Part shown: one piece after another, positions 25,073 to 39,085 of the stretch
How the letters are laid out: each line of letters begins with the position of its first letter
Position numbering within the stretch: position 1 is the first letter of the stretch
Program-made: the position numbers and the translations under genes
Origin: Octopus vulgaris
Lineage: Eukaryota
Assembly (NCBI GenBank): GCA_951406725.2
Contig: OX597824.1
Coordinates: 35,588,001 to 35,652,000 of the forward strand
Length of the DNA: 64,000 bases
Direction: 5' to 3'
Notes under the pieces: generated by a model
Databases searched by the model: none
The model's input: only the letters and a program-made list of their open reading frames with translations
Told to the model about the DNA's origin: nothing

Positions 25073-27372
25073 AGTGTGACTGGTGACGTAAGAACAACTA
25101 CTCAATGATGCTCATTGATTTGATTGGTTGTAGATTTGAGTCATTAAGTCTTAGACTCTCGGAGTCTAAAAGTTGTCCAAGTGAAACATCCTCAGGTTAT
25201 AACAATTTACATCGATCATATTTCTGACTTCGAATTAAATGTCTGAAGCACCAAAATATACAGACGTCAAAACAACTGTGCACCAAAATGTACAGACGTC
25301 AAAAATTATTTTCCGAATTGTTTTCTTATCAATAAGACTAAAGCTAGCTAGGGCATCGTTATATAGTGTAAGCTCTGTTAGTGGTGCCTGTCCAGTGATA
25401 GTTAAGAGAAGTGTTATGTAAATATCGTCATAGTAGATTCCTTTTGGACACCTTTAAGGAACCTATTCCAGGCCTATTCACTCTAATACATAACCATCAT
25501 AAGTCTGAATTAAATAGTCTCCTTTCCACCAAGTCCAACCAAAAATGCTTTTGATGTGACACTTATTCAACCACGCAACACGCCTTGACAAATGACATTC
25601 GGCCAACCTTATGCGTTACACACGCGGTTTCATTGATCACATATTTTCCGACAGATTGCATGAATAACGTGTGTGAAACTCCGAGTAAAAATAAAGTGAA
25701 TCGATATTTTATTCCCTCTAAGCTATTGAGTGCTTTCTTTCTTCTTTGTCGACACAAACGTATTTATATTTATATTGTGTATGTATGTCGCCGGAAGTCT
25801 ATACTGTGCGGCCTTCTTATTTTCCTCCATCTGTGCAATGGCTTAGAATTGTGTTGGGGAGAGATAGAGGATTCGCGCAGAAACATGTGCATCTATGCTT
25901 ACATACGTACAAATAGACAAGTACAAATAGACATAAACACACACACACACTGATATGCATTACTGAGAAAGTGTATCTTTCTTAGCGGACGGATGACAAT
26001 GAAGTTTCGGAGATGCCCTCTATACAAAGAGAAAAAATCTTTTTTAATAATAACACTACTGTTCTTCATAAAACCCGGAATTTCATCCGTAAAGCAGAGA
26101 CTTTACTGTACTTACTACAGCTGTGTCAAGACTATACATGGTTTGACGCCAATGACCAGCTGATAATAATTTGACAGGATATCAGATGCATCCAACTGCC
26201 AATAAATATATTATTTTAAACATACGGCTGGGAACATTATTGTATACGACAGTATAAGAATAACAACACATTTGGAAAACAGTCAGTGTTCAGCCATAGT
26301 AGACTTAGTTTATATTGTTAAGGAAAGTGATTTTTTTTGTTTTTGTTTTTGTTTTTACTTTTTTAGTGATTCATTTATTTATTTATTCTTTCAACTGTGA
26401 AGCGAATTTCGTTTCTGTGAAGGTTCTTTTGCGTGCACCATTTGTACGACGTAAACACCTGTCTGGATGGTTTAATTCATGGCGTTCTCTTAAGCTTTCT
26501 TTGTGTGTGTGTGTGTGTGTGTGTGTGTTTATGTCCCCGTAACTTAACGTTTCGGCAAAAAAGAAGCCGATAGAATAAGGATCAGGTTTAAAAATATATA
26601 CTAGAACCGATTCATTCGATTAAAATACCTCTAGACAGTGACCCAGCATGGCCGCAGTCTAATAACTGGAACAAGTAAGAAATGAAACAAGCAGAATATT
26701 ATGCTATTAGTATATAATACTAGCTATATGGCTATACAAGTGTACATCAGTATTTGGGTAATACTAGTTATATGGTTGTGTGTGTGCGTGTGCCTGTGCG
26801 TGCGTGTGTGTGTGCGCGTGTGTTTATATAGATATTAGTATGTGTAGTCCTGGCTGTATGACAAGCAGGCTGGTAGATTCTGCTGTGCCTATGAAAGCAG
26901 TCAGTGTACAAAAAGGAATGAGACAAGTGTTTATCTATGCCAACAGTGGCATTTCTTTTGTGTCCCATGTCAGGTTTATATGTATTGGTTGCAGTTTATT
27001 CTGTCTATAAGCTACATTAGCGCACACAGCCACGATTTATATTTAACAAGATATCGACTATACAAGGAAAAAAAAAAGCAACAGAAAGAATTAAAGCAAA
27101 AGTGAAAAAGAAAAAAAATGATGGTTGAAGAGGTTGAAAGCCAACAATAAGACTACCATAAATCTATAGAGACATGTACTTCCATGTATATTTTTGTCTA
27201 AGTATATTGTGGTGTATTTAAAGCCATCGTCTTATCCTTGAGTATCAGAACACGTGTGTGGAATGATCTTTTGTCTGATACAAGGCTTTCAAAATCGGTC
27301 TAATATATTTCCGAACTAATACATTAATGGGTCATAAGATGTAATGTAATATAATATAAAATAATATACTAT

Positions 27373-27535
27373 AGGCGCAGGAGTGGCTGTGTGGTAAGTA
27401 GCCTGTCTACCAACCACATGGTTCCGGGTTCAGTCCCACTGCGTGACACCTTGGGCAAGCGTCTTCAACTATAGCCTCGGGCCGACCAAAGCCTTGTGAG
27501 TGGATTTGGTAGACGGAAACTGAAAGAAGCCCGTC

Positions 27536-27598
<63 letters not shown>

Positions 27599-27808
27599 TG
27601 TGTGTCTGTGTTTGTCCCCCTAGCATTGCTTGACAACCGATGCTGGTGTGTTTATGTCCCCGTTACTTAGCGGTTCGGCAAAAGAGACCGATAGAATAAG
27701 TACTGGGCTTACAAAAGAATAAGTTCCGGGGTCGTGTTGCTCGACTAAAGGCGGTGCTCCAGCATGGCCGCAGTCAAATGAACGAAAACAAGTAAAAGAG
27801 TAAAGAGA
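27373..27808 (+). mobile_element. SINE family B, full length with long internal (TA)n
   Basis: Collinear with 12299-12708. Confidence 0.9.
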
Positions 27809-27959
27809 AAAAGAGAGAATATATTATCAGTCGTTATCTTACTCGCCAACTCGCTTTCCTTTCTACTCAGCAAGACACCTATATCTCTCCTCTCTTCGCC
27901 TTAAACCTCTCAACAAACACAAAGCCACACTCCCTCAATACTACTCTCCCCTGCCAGTT

Positions 27960-28251
27960 GAGATTTCTGTCTTGCTAGGTACTTGGTAACCCTGTAGATG
28001 CTGGTGTCACGTAAAAAGCGCTGATGCTGGTGCCACGGGAAAAAAGTGCTGGTGCTGGTGTCACGTAAAAAAAGCATTGGGGTTGGTGCCACATAGAAAA
28101 GCGCACAGTATACTCTGTAAAGTGGTTGGCGTTACAAAAGGCATCAGGTCGTAGAAACCATGCTATAACAGACAATGGAACCTGGTACGGCTCCTGGCCT
28201 TGCTAGTTCCTTTCAAACAAACTCATGCCAGCATGGAAAACGGACGTTAAA

Positions 28252-28285
<34 letters not shown>

Positions 28286-28320
28286 GATGGTGATGGTGAT
28301 GGTGATGATGATGATGATGA
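27960..28320 (+). mobile_element. SINE-like family D fragment with four internal ~25-bp repeats and (GAT)n tail
   Basis: GCTGGTG(T/C)CACGTAAAAAGC units at about 27996-28103; ends GCCAGCATGGAAAACGGACGTTAAA(TGA)n. Confidence 0.6.
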
Positions 28321-28468
28321 AACAGCTACAACACATTTTTGCCAGCTGAGTGGATTGGAGCAACGTAAAATAAAGTGTTTTGCTGAAGGACATAACACAC
28401 CACCAAGAATCGAACTCACAACCTTACGATCTTGATCCGAATACTCTAACCACTTAATCACCTACCTT
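28321..28468 (-). mobile_element. SINE C/E 5' half
   Basis: GCTGAGTGGATTGGAGCAACG...GAATCGAACTCACAACC...TAACCACTTA. Confidence 0.7.
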
Positions 28469-28689
28469 CGGAAGTAGTCGGTGGGAATAAGCTATAACCT
28501 CTACAACTCGTTCAATACATGTTGTAGAGTATATCTTTTTCTCTCATTCGATCGAAGAATTTGATGCAAAACTGTTTCTTTGAAATTTGTATCGTTCGAT
28601 TATGGTGAAGTTGTGTGTGTCGCTATCAGATGATGTTTTCAAGGAAAAATTGCAAGTCTAGCATGTGATGTTAGGGTTGCGCATGGATG

Positions 28690-29290
28690 CCTCCTATGTG
28701 TTGAAGACTTCAGAATACTGGTGATTGATATATCTATAAATGCGTGAGTTTTGTTAGAAGTAATAGCGATTTCATTAATGTTCGGAGGAAAGATTTGGAG
28801 TACATTTGATAGGCTGTGGAGGGAAGACAGACGTGCCAGTGCGTGGTACAATGGAACATAGAAGGGCAATGTCGCTAGTTAGTTGCCATCCCAGACTCAC
28901 TCGAACGTATTACTGATGTTAAGTGAGAGAAACCAATGACGCGTAGAGTAAGAGAGTATTCATGGTTGGTTGGTTATCACTGAGGTTGGTTATCACCTTG
29001 GAGCGGTAAAGGAGCTGATTATTTATAAATCATCTCCACGACCTTTAAGATATTATTTGGAAGTGAGGAGGAGACAATGGTAGTTGACAGGAACAGACAC
29101 ATCAGTGTCCTGGGAACGAAGCAAAATTTTGTTTCAGATTGGGATAGGTCCCTGTTGAGGGAGAAATATCGAAGAATTTGATAAGGAAAGGCACTTAGCT
29201 TTCGAGTACGCATTTTCAGGATAATGCCAGAGACAGTGTTAGAACTGGTGGCTTTGTTAGGCTGGAGTATTCATAGTTGATTTCCTAGAC
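28690..29290 (-). pseudogene. Heavily decayed CR1/Jockey-type LINE reverse transcriptase remnant
   Basis: Across frameshifts reads LQPNKATSSNTVSGIILK...DVSVPVNY...ILKVVEMI.NNQL, matching the pre-RT pattern (NKA.GPD.I....LK / P.NYRPISL / K..E..IN.QL). Confidence 0.5.
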
Positions 29291-29892
29291 GTCTTTTGAA
29301 AACTCCCTATGCAAGTCAAAAACAGGACTGAAGATACTTCATCTAAGATGTGCACACAAACAAAATAAACAACATTTGTATTGAATTGCATTTGTATGAA
29401 ATGATCCATTATACACAAACGGTTGTACTATTATCTTTCTCTTCGTATCTGAAGTTCCCTTTCTTTTTTTTTTTTTTTTCATTCTTCTTTCACTCTCATT
29501 GAATGTACCACAAATGTTTCCGTTTCCTGCATGGTTTTGATTCCTTAAATGTATTTATTTCAATAATCTAAGAACATTGATAACACAATAAATGCAGACT
29601 GACTTGATTACAGGAAATATGAGGAGTAGTTCGATGTTTCCAAGACGGGAAACGAAGCCAGTAATCCAACTACTTCTTGCTAAAGTGAATAGGTGTTCCA
29701 GAATTGGCTAAACTTTGAAATATTTAGGTGGAGGACTCGTTAATTGCTCTTAATCTCCTGTGGGAATACTTCTTGTAACATACGTGTTCTCGAGCGCTTA
29801 AACAAAAACGTTATCTTCACTAATTGAAAAATGGGCGTTGAGATATTTAATATAAAGAGGCAAAAATTGTAAATAATCAAAATTATACCAAT

Positions 29893-30060
29893 AGTTGTGT
29901 GGTAAGTAGCTTGCTTACCAACCACATGGTTCCGGGTTCAGTCCCACTGCATGGCACCTTGGGCAAGTGTCTTCTACTATAGCCTCGGGCCAACCAAAGC
30001 CTTGTGAGTGGATTTGGTAGACGGAAACTGAAAGAAGCCCGTCGTATATATGTATGTTTG

Positions 30061-30093
<33 letters not shown>

Positions 30094-30290
30094 ATATATG
30101 TATGTGTATATGTTTGTGTGTCTGTGTTTGTCCCCCCAACATCGCTTGACAGCCGGTGCTGGTGTATTTACGTCCCCGTAACTTAGCGGTTCGGTTAAAG
30201 ACACCGATAGAATAAGTACTAGGCTTACAAAAAAGAGGCGGTGCTCCAGCATGGCCACAGTCAAATGACTGAAACAAGTAAAAATAGTAA
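29893..30290 (+). mobile_element. SINE family B with short tail deletion
   Basis: Collinear with other B copies. Confidence 0.85.
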
Positions 30291-30812
30291 TAGTAAATAA
30301 CTATTATCTTAAAGATTAACTCTGGTCAAGAAAGGCAGGGGAGAAAAATTAAAAATACTTCTCAGCAGAGAAGATACAATGCAATTCAAGCGTGTAAGTC
30401 ATCAATGACTACGGACTGTATTTGTAGTAATTTTTGTAATAAAGCTAAGCAAAAAATATATTTTGCACCACAGCATTCATATATTTAATCTTCTCCATAG
30501 CATCTTCGCTTTTACCTCTCTATATAGCATTACAGTTGTTATTGGAAAGATGTCACACTTTCAACTAAAATTTACAAGTACCCTGGTGGCTTCAGAAATA
30601 GCGTTCCTTGGACAAATTTCAGGATTGGTATGTGGGCACCTGCAGTGCTACGTTGCTACCTGCAATGTTGTGTGGATAATCATAGTGCTATATATGTATG
30701 TATGTATACATATATATATATATGTATGTATGTGTATATATATTTATATATGTGTGCATGTATGTATGTATGTATATATGTGTGTATGTATGTATGTATG
30801 TATGTATGTATG

Positions 30813-30861
<49 letters not shown>

Positions 30862-30873
30862 ATGTATGTATGC

Positions 30874-30905
<32 letters not shown>

Positions 30906-31865
30906 ATACACACACTAATATGTATCTTTATGACTTATATGATAGTTTCAAGTAGCATGTATTCGTATAGAATAATATCTGAATTCTTGAGGTGGTATGT
31001 GGTAAACATGAAAGCTGCGGACATGTAAGGCATGTGAAAATCTCCAGCGGTATGTTGGTAAAGTGTAGAAGTGTTTGGGTCTCTGGCAATGTAGGAAGAG
31101 ATCATATCGTAATACGTTATAGGAACCAGAAGAGAGTAGGGGTGATTTCAGCATATTTGCCAATTTTTCAACATCTCGCCATCAGCATGGCATCTATTAT
31201 TTGTATACGTTTTACTGAAATAGAAGGCAAAAAGAGACATGATAATTAATCAGAAGAAGATTAAGTTCTGATTGATTTCTGAGGCTTATGCAATATTTAT
31301 AAACCGTAGACGTGTATCTATTAATGTAGATATGCATGCTGCATATGCATGCTGCATATGCATCTGCAATGTGTGTGGGGAATATGTGCGTGAGTTTGTA
31401 TGCATCCAGATTGCTTGTCCGTGCTCCAAAGTGCCGAGTATACTAAAAATAAGCTATGGAATATGTGTTTGTGAGCATATAAGTGATATGGATACGCACG
31501 CGCACAGAAGATTTCATAGCTTAATCAATTGTTCAGTTGTGTATGTACACGCTCTACCATAGCTTAAATATGTGTGTAGTAGTAGTAGTAGTAGTAGTAG
31601 TAGTTGTTGTTGTTGTTGGGGAGAGACAGAGTGAAAGAAAGAGAGACAAAGACAGATACATAAAGAGAGAAATCAGTACATGTTTATATATATTTGCGTG
31701 CGTGTGTATATATATTTGTGTTTGTGTGCATATATGTATGTATATATATATATATATATATATATAAGTGTACACATACACACACACCATAAGGTTCTAC
31801 GGTATGGGATCAAAACCTGAAGTACGTAGTTGCGACACGTAAAACACTTTCAATACAGTAAAAAT

Positions 31866-31985
31866 AAGAGCATCACAACAAACCACGGCACATACCCACC
31901 GTACACAGCGCCTCGTTCGGTACTGCAGTGAAAGCACGTGATAAAAATAAGACCACTGAATAATAATAATAATAATAATAATAAC

Positions 31986-32017
<32 letters not shown>

Positions 32018-32024
32018 TAATAAC

Positions 32025-32052
<28 letters not shown>
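31866..32052 (+). mobile_element. Dong/R4-like LINE 3'UTR fragment followed by (TAA)n
   Basis: GAGCATCACAACAAA...GTGAAAGCACG...ACTGAATAATAA matches the reverse complement of 38789-38885. Confidence 0.7.
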
Positions 32053-32055
<3 letters not shown>

Positions 32056-32096
32056 CATTATATTAAGGAGGAGGAGGAGGAAGAGGGGGGGATACC

Positions 32097-32690
32097 AACA
32101 ACAGGAGCACTCAGAGAGCGCAAACCTCCGCCTAGGCATCATCAACGTCCTCTCAACGATTAGCCAGAGGTGATTTTTAAAATGAGAATATCTGAAATAA
32201 ACTCGACTGCTCTCACAGACGAGAATACTAAAAATGAACCCGACCGCACCCAAAAATTTAAGAAAAAAAAATCCGCAAAAATAATTCAGAATTCTTGTCC
32301 GATGCCTGATTGATCCCAATGGTAGCCATGGAAAGTGAAGCTGGCTGTAGAAAATTTAGTGACAGTAATAAATAGTTTATCCTTATCTAATACAAGTCAA
32401 AGTTAATACATTCACCATTCAAAATAGTTACAGCCTAAAGGGAGATAATTGAGAAAGTCTTGAAAGTTAACGTAAGATCGTAATCATGCAAAGTAAAGTA
32501 AATATAACAAATAATCCAGAATCCTTGTCGGGCACCGAATCTATCCCAAAATCTAATCAGTTCCTGCCAGTCACGAGGCCAAACATCTCTGAAAGTTTCA
32601 TCCAAATCCATCCGGCGGTTCTTGACGTATCTTGTCCACTGACAAACAAATAAACGCGACTGAAAACAATACCTCCGCCTTTGCTAAAGG
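32097..32690 (+). mobile_element. Non-autonomous element, possibly Helentron/HINE-like; right end overwritten by SINE A
   Basis: ACCTCCGCC at both 32124-32132 and 32671-32679; duplicated internal ATCCAGAATCCTTGTC-like block; class assignment is inference. Confidence 0.4.
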
Positions 32691-33335
32691 GCGAAATGCT
32701 TAGCGGTATTTCGTTTGTCTTTACGTTCTGAGTTCAAATTCCGCCGATGTCGACTTTGCCTTTCACTCTTTCGGGGTAGATAAATTAAGTACCAGTTGCG
32801 TGCTGGGGTTGATCTAATCGACTGGCTTCCTCTCCAAAAATTTCGGGTCTTGTGCCTAGATTAGAAGAGGAACCATTATTATTATAATTATTTTTAAGGC
32901 TGCGAGCTGACAGAGCCATTAGCACACCGGGCAAAATAGTCTGTATTTCCTTGTCTGCACGCTCTGGGTTTAAATTCCGCCGAGGTCGACTGTATCTTTC
33001 ATCATTTCGGGGTCGATAAAATAAGTACCAGTTCGGCACGATGTAATTGACTTAGCCCCCACCCCTTAACCTCACTAAATTTCGGCCTCTTGTGTGTAGT
33101 AGAAATGATAGTAATAATAATTATTATTGTAAAGGCGGCGAGCTGGCATCATCATTAGCGCGCCGGAAAAAATTACGGTATTTCGCCCGGCGTTACGTAC
33201 TGAATTCAAATTCTGAAGAGATCAGCTTTGTCTTTCACATGGTCAATAAAATAAGTACCAGTTGAGCACTGATATCGATGTGATCGACCAACCCCCTACC
33301 CCGAAAACTGTAGGCCTTGTACCTATAGTAGAAAG
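32688..33335 (+). mobile_element. Three consecutive SINE A (short tail) copies separated by (TTA)n
   Basis: About 32688-32870, 32897-33105 and 33133-33335, each with family core. Confidence 0.8.
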
Positions 33336-33992
33336 GATTCTTATTGATGTTGATAATGTTTTTGTTAACGTTACCGTGAACGCTGAAGTTCTGAAATGAA
33401 TTAACATTTCTTTAAAATAGAACTCTCCTAGATTCACTTTCAGCAAAGAAGTGACAAAATGTAAATTTCTTTTGAGAACATACACCTGCTTGATAAACTG
33501 AAGCGTGTGAAATGTCTGTTTGTCTCCTCAAAAACTGACAAAAACAATCGCTTAAATGTTTCATCTTCGTAACCGAACCCCAGGCAAGTTTCTGAAAGAT
33601 TTTCAGACTTCCTGCTGCGCGACAGTTTCAGAGCTGAAACAAATAATGAACGATTCGAACCTATGATTGTGGGAGGAATGGTAAAATAAAATGTATCTGC
33701 TTCTGCAAGAAAGCCAAGAACTATTGACACTATCGTAACTAATAACTTGTCCTATTGTGACAAGCACAACCTTCTGTAGGTGTAGCCTACCTCATAAACA
33801 ACTCGACTATACAGTAAACCATGTATCTCACATCCGAAATCGTGGCATTGGTTTCTTAAATCCTTTACTGGACTCATTTTTCTTCTTTGAAAGTTGTTGT
33901 TTTTTACACGAAAGGCATCATTTTCACTTTATGATAATAATTACTTCAGATATCTCTCTGTTGACACAAACTTTGAGTGATTTTTTTTTTAT

Positions 33993-34223
33993 TCTTTTAC
34001 TCTTTTACTTGTTGCAGTCATTTGACTGCGCCCGACCTGGAGCACTGCCTTGTGGTGTTTAGTCAAACAAATCGACCTCAAGACTTATTTTTAAGGCCTA
34101 GTGCTTATTCTATCGGTCTCTTTTGCTGAATCGCTAGGCTACGGGGACATAAACATACCAACACCGGTTGTCAAGCGGTGATGGGGAGGACACACAGAGA
34201 TATAAATACACGCACACACACAC

Positions 34224-34256
<33 letters not shown>

Positions 34257-34325
34257 TTACGACGGACTTCTTTCTGTTTCCATCTACCATGTGGTTGGGA
34301 AGCAAGATCCTTACCACACAGCCAG
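33993..34325 (-). mobile_element. SINE family B, internally deleted
   Basis: Tail, internal microsatellite and head remnants in order. Confidence 0.75.
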
Positions 34326-35218
34326 CCTTGACCCTATCTCTCTGGTTATCTATCTCTCCTTTCAAAATATCAAACCGATGCCTTGTCCTTATATACGTGT
34401 GTGTGTGTATGTGTGTGTGTGTGCGTGCGTGCGTAATGTATGCGTGCGCACATGTGTATATATATAACGTTAGCTTCCGCCAATTTCCCCCCACCTGTTT
34501 AGCGGATTAGCGTTTGCGAAGCTAACTTTTTTAGTTAGCGGATTAGTGGTTAGCGAAGTTAACCTTTTGGTTAGCTGTACCCACCACTGGCTGGCGCTCT
34601 TTGTTTTCAGAAATAGACAAAGTATCGGCAATACTGTTTTCATTTTTGCACATCAATCTACTCGCTCTGCACTAGCATTTTACTCCGATACTGAAATTTT
34701 TAACCAAATCGTATTTCAGTCCAGCAAATCTATTCAGATCAAGCTGTGCAGTCCTGTACCAATCTTCCTAAAGTTACATGTATTGTGTTTCGTATGCAGA
34801 TTAGCGACTGGTTTTGTATTACCGTTGTCTGACGTATGCTATTTTACAAATTTAAAATCTTTGAGGGCCCTTCTGTAGCCAGTAAAGTAGGTTTTACTTG
34901 TGTGGTCTCTTATAAATTATGGCTTGCGTATGTATATTAACTCCTTTTTCCTTTATATTTCTTTCTTTAGGCTCTCACTATTTATCCTCACTCTTCACCG
35001 TTATGATGGTTTATAGTTGTCGCAAGTTTTGTCTTAAACCAGACGTTTCTTTACTACATTCTTTGACATGCTACATCTGAAAAGCTATAACCTTTATTTT
35101 TATTTATTTCATCTTTTGTTTTGGTTCTTGTTATTTGTTTAACACTTGACGTTTCAATGTTTTACTTGTTTGTTGGAGTATCAATGAAATATGCTTTATT
35201 TCAATGAGAGGGACGGAA

Positions 35219-35261
<43 letters not shown>

Positions 35262-35282
35262 GAGAGCTTATAGGGATATATT

Positions 35283-35424
35283 TATTTCTTTATTTAATTT
35301 ATCGACCCCGAAAGGATGAAAGGCAAAGTCGACCTCGGCGGTATTTGAACTCAGAACGTAACGGCAGACGAAATACTGTTAAGCATTTCGCCCGGCGTGC
35401 TAATGCTTCTGCCAGCTCGCCGCC
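35283..35424 (-). mobile_element. SINE A with deleted tail and 16-bp TSD
   Basis: CTTATAGGGATATATT at 35267-35282 and 35425-35440. Confidence 0.9.
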
Positions 35425-35677
35425 CTTATAGGGATATATTATCCCAGCGGATACCGTGCTATCTCTTAGTTATGTTCCAGGTTACGGTTAACCGCATCGA
35501 TTAGTCTATGGGTACTAGTTATCACTCACGCTGTAAATTCCCCCGATAAGTTCACATCCAGTCGAGCTGGTCGAAGACCATGAACGAAGCAGCGCAGAAA
35601 ATTATACCTGGTTGCATATGCAACTGCTCATACTGTGTGGAGTGGAAACACGTTTAGGCCGTCGTAACCATAAGGGT

Positions 35678-36003
35678 AAAGACCCCCTTCGGTCATGAAT
35701 GACCATGGGATTGCACCTAGAAAGTTACCCTCCCAGGCACAAGTCCGGGCAAGGTAGTTTATGGAAGACCAGCAGTCGCCCATGCATACCAGCCTCCCCT
35801 ACCACACCACTGATGTTATCCAAGGGAAAGACAAAGGTCGATACAGCTTGGCACCAGTGATGTCGCAACTCATTTCTACAGTTGAGTGAACTGGAGCAAC
35901 GTGAAATAAAGTGCCTTGCTCAAGAACACAACACGCAGCCCGGTCCGGGATTCGAGCTCACAACCTGACGATCGTAAGCTCGACGCTCTAACCACTGAGC
36001 CAT
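35678..36003 (-). mobile_element. SINE family C, full length
   Basis: Collinear with 1616-1940. Confidence 0.88.
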
Positions 36004-36091
36004 ATGCTATATGACATTGTAATATAAAAGGAAATAAATATTGGGGATGTACCAGTCTCCATATTCTCTATCGTTATATTTCAGTATATAT

Positions 36092-36335
36092 CAGTGGTTC
36101 TCAGTCGGGGTCCACACGGAGTCTGCATAAGATTTTGCTGCTAGAATTTATGTGTAATAAATTGGTTCTACAATACTCAAAATATTTTAGCAATTTTAGC
36201 AATTTAATACAATTCCTTATATTTGATTATAAAAAAATATATGATTTTTTAATATCATCGAGTGACTAGGAAGGCCCACTGGCGTACAATAGGACTCAAA
36301 GGGGTCCCTAGGTAAAAAATGGTTAAGAAACACTG
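36092..36335. mobile_element. hAT (Charlie-like) MITE with 8-bp TSD
   Basis: Ends CAGTGGTTCTCA / TAAGAAACACTG; GTATATAT at 36084-36091 and 36336-36343. Confidence 0.85.
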
Positions 36336-36613
36336 GTATATATGCACATGTGTGCGGGTGCGTAGTGTGCGCGCGCCGTATGTGCGAAAGAGATGAGCTG
36401 ATCTTGTTTATGTGTATAAATAAATCTAAAGTTAGTTTATATGTAGACAGTCCATAAGGGACACGTGTGTATTAATACATCTTCACGTGTTTGTTGCTGT
36501 ACATTATTACTACATTATTATTATTATTATCCTAAATATCATTATAATTAATTCTAAAATTATTGACTTTCTACCGAAATTTGAAACAATTTTTATTACC
36601 ACCATCGTTATTA

Positions 36614-36673
<60 letters not shown>

Positions 36674-36674
<1 letters not shown>

Positions 36675-37104
36675 GGTTTGGCCCAGGTTTGGTCTTACTC
36701 CTGGTAGGATTTATGTGGGTAGCGAGTTACTACTTGTAGCCTTAGGTATCCACAAGTTTTCAACAGTCTTTCAAGTGCTTAGAACCCTCCCAAAAATCCT
36801 TGCTGTCCCTAAGAGACAAACTTTCTGTAGGAGTTCTACCAGGCATCCTATTTCAATCTCCTTCAGCCATTTGTCTATATCTTGGCTTACTGGTCCCAAC
36901 GCACTAATTATTATAGGAATGACCTTTTTTGTTCGCATGCTCCAAATTCTTTCTATTTCAAATTTTAAGGGATTGTATTTTCTTTGTTTTTATTCCTCTT
37001 TCTTCACGATCATGGAATCAAATGGGCATGATGGATCGATAAGTTAGTAGCTTTGCTTTTTCTTATCTATAATCGTTATATCTGGTCTATTATTCTCTAA
37101 CTTT
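36674..37104 (-). mobile_element. Dong/R4-clade LINE fragment: restriction-like endonuclease C-terminus and 3'UTR, tail in (TAA)n
   Basis: Minus strand reads LENNRPDITIIDKK..LIDPSCPFD...KYNPLKFEIERIW...IPIIISALG...LQKVCLLGTARIFGRVLST* with a frameshift and a stop; RPD/D/KY pattern of RLE domains. Confidence 0.8.
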
Positions 37105-38442
37105 GGATCTAGTCTTTCTCATTAGCAAAATGAGCCTCCCCCTTTAATTTTGCTCAGATTGCTTTCCATTTTGGTGTGTTGATGCAACTCTGAATTTTGA
37201 TTACGATCCACCAATTACTTTATCTCGTAAATGAAAGAATCTGATGTCATTTGGAATTAAAGTTAGGAAATTTGGGCAATTTTCACTAATCAACAGATAG
37301 TGTGGAATTAGCAGCTTGTTACCTTGACAACCGCACGCTGTATTGTGGTTCGCTGTTGTCTGTGTCGCTGTTGTCTATGTTAATTTTCCCCACTTAATTC
37401 TTCACACCACGAGATTCTTTTCACCCGCATGTTTTGTTTTAATTTTTCTGTGTATTAGTATATTACATATTTTTCTGTACTTCTGTGTGTTAGTATTTTT
37501 CTGTGCTTTTTCTGTGTTAGCATTTTTACATATTTTTCATTTCATATATATTTGGGACATATTGACTCAGATAGCTGGAGTTATGATTTCACAAGGTTAA
37601 TTGTACTCATAAAAAATTAAATTAGGAGTATTTATTAAACCATTAGCTTCACATTTCAACAGCTTAACTGACATTTAGCACACGTAACAGGAGCTGAGAG
37701 GGATATCGTGGAACAGAGAAACTATGGGCGATACAGATAATTTGACATTACTTTTGAATTCTGCGTGCAAAAACATATAAGATACAGGTATTCTTTTCCT
37801 TGGGACAAATTTTTTGTTGACCAGTGTTATTCTTATCGAAGTTTACAAATCCAAGCGTGAAAACCATTACTCAACTTTGGAGTTTTGGAGACAGACCCCC
37901 TCCTTTTCACACACACACACACACACAAAAAACACACACACATACACACACACACATGCACTTACATATATATGACATACACAAATACATGATAGATACA
38001 CATAATACTGAAATACGCATTAAGTAAACACACGCAGACAAATATATTAATATATCGAATTAAAAATAATAATAAAAAAATACAATCAATGAAGCGACAA
38101 AAGAAACAGTAAGATGATACATGTTGATTTTATTAGGTATTTCTGTTTATTTAGAAACTTGCAATGAACAGGTCAGACGCTAAACTATAAATTTCACAGG
38201 GTACAACACTAAAGTTGACACCGCTCCGCTCAACGCTGAAAATTTCTATCTCGCTATTAGCTATAAATACACAGATTTTTCGAATTTTAAACCTCTGTAA
38301 TATTTTTCTCCAATTTGTTTCTCCACAACATCATACCTTCAAAGCAATGAGACTGGAAGGCTACATTATTATAGCTGATTTTCAGATTTTTTGCTTCCTT
38401 TTAAAAAATGCACATTTTGAGAATGAAAAAATAACTAGATCC
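37105..38442. mobile_element. Non-autonomous TIR element family M, copy 1 (Merlin-like by GG ends)
   Basis: TIR GGATCTAGT...TCATTAGCAAAATG / CATTTTGAGAATGAAAAAATAACTAGATCC; collinear with 54582-55695. Confidence 0.8.
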
Positions 38443-38571
38443 GTCTTGTTCACGCGCAAAACCCTCACAACACATACTAACACACATACATTCACACATT
38501 CTTTGTTCCGTCCTGTGTTGACCATAATGTTTTTCTTAATATAAACCTTGTGGTTAATAAAGAAATCATCA

Positions 38572-38745
38572 AGGCGGCGAGCTGGCAGAATCGTTAGTAC
38601 GTCGGGTGAAATGCTTAACGGCACTTCGAACTTTGACTTTCATCCTTTCGGCGTCGGTGAAATAATTACCAGTTAAACACTAGAGTCGATGTAATCGACC
38701 CATCCCCACCTCCCCCAAGCAGCCCTAGTGGCAAAAATTTGAAAT
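38572..38745 (+). mobile_element. SINE A (short tail), internally deleted
   Basis: GGCGGCGAGCTGGCAGAATCGTTAG head and core. Confidence 0.75.
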
Positions 38746-38752
38746 AATAATA

Positions 38753-38788
<36 letters not shown>

Positions 38789-38792
<4 letters not shown>

Positions 38793-39085
38793 TAGTTTTA
38801 TTTTTATAGCGTGCTTTCACTTCACTACCGAGCGCAGCTCTGTGTGCCTTGGGTATGTGCTGTGATTTGTTGTGATGCTCTGATGGTTATTGTATGGAAA
38901 GTGTCCTGCGTAGGATGTGTGCAGTGCCTAGTAGTGCAATTTTCTGTATGTTATATGTGTTTGTAAGTCCTGGTGTTTTTGTTATGTATTTGTCTGAATA
39001 TTTTTTTATCATGCCTAATGCACCTACTATGATAGGAATTGTTTCTGTTTTTAGATTCCACATTCTGGTTACCTCTATTTCCATT
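38789..39085 (-). mobile_element. Dong/R4-clade LINE 3' fragment (second subfamily) between (TTA)n and (CTT)n(TTA)n
   Basis: ORF 38887-39084(-) EIEVTRMWNLKTETIPIIVGALG...IQKIALLGTAHILRRTLS, homologous to the translation at 36771-36980. Confidence 0.82.

Noticed and set aside
27996-28103. CRISPR-like short repeat array
   Set aside because: Units are nearly contiguous with no unique spacers; eukaryotic repeat context and no cas genes.
36487-37047. 186-aa plus-strand ORF
   Set aside because: Antisense of the Dong/R4 fragment plus an (ATT)n tract; likewise 38894-39238.
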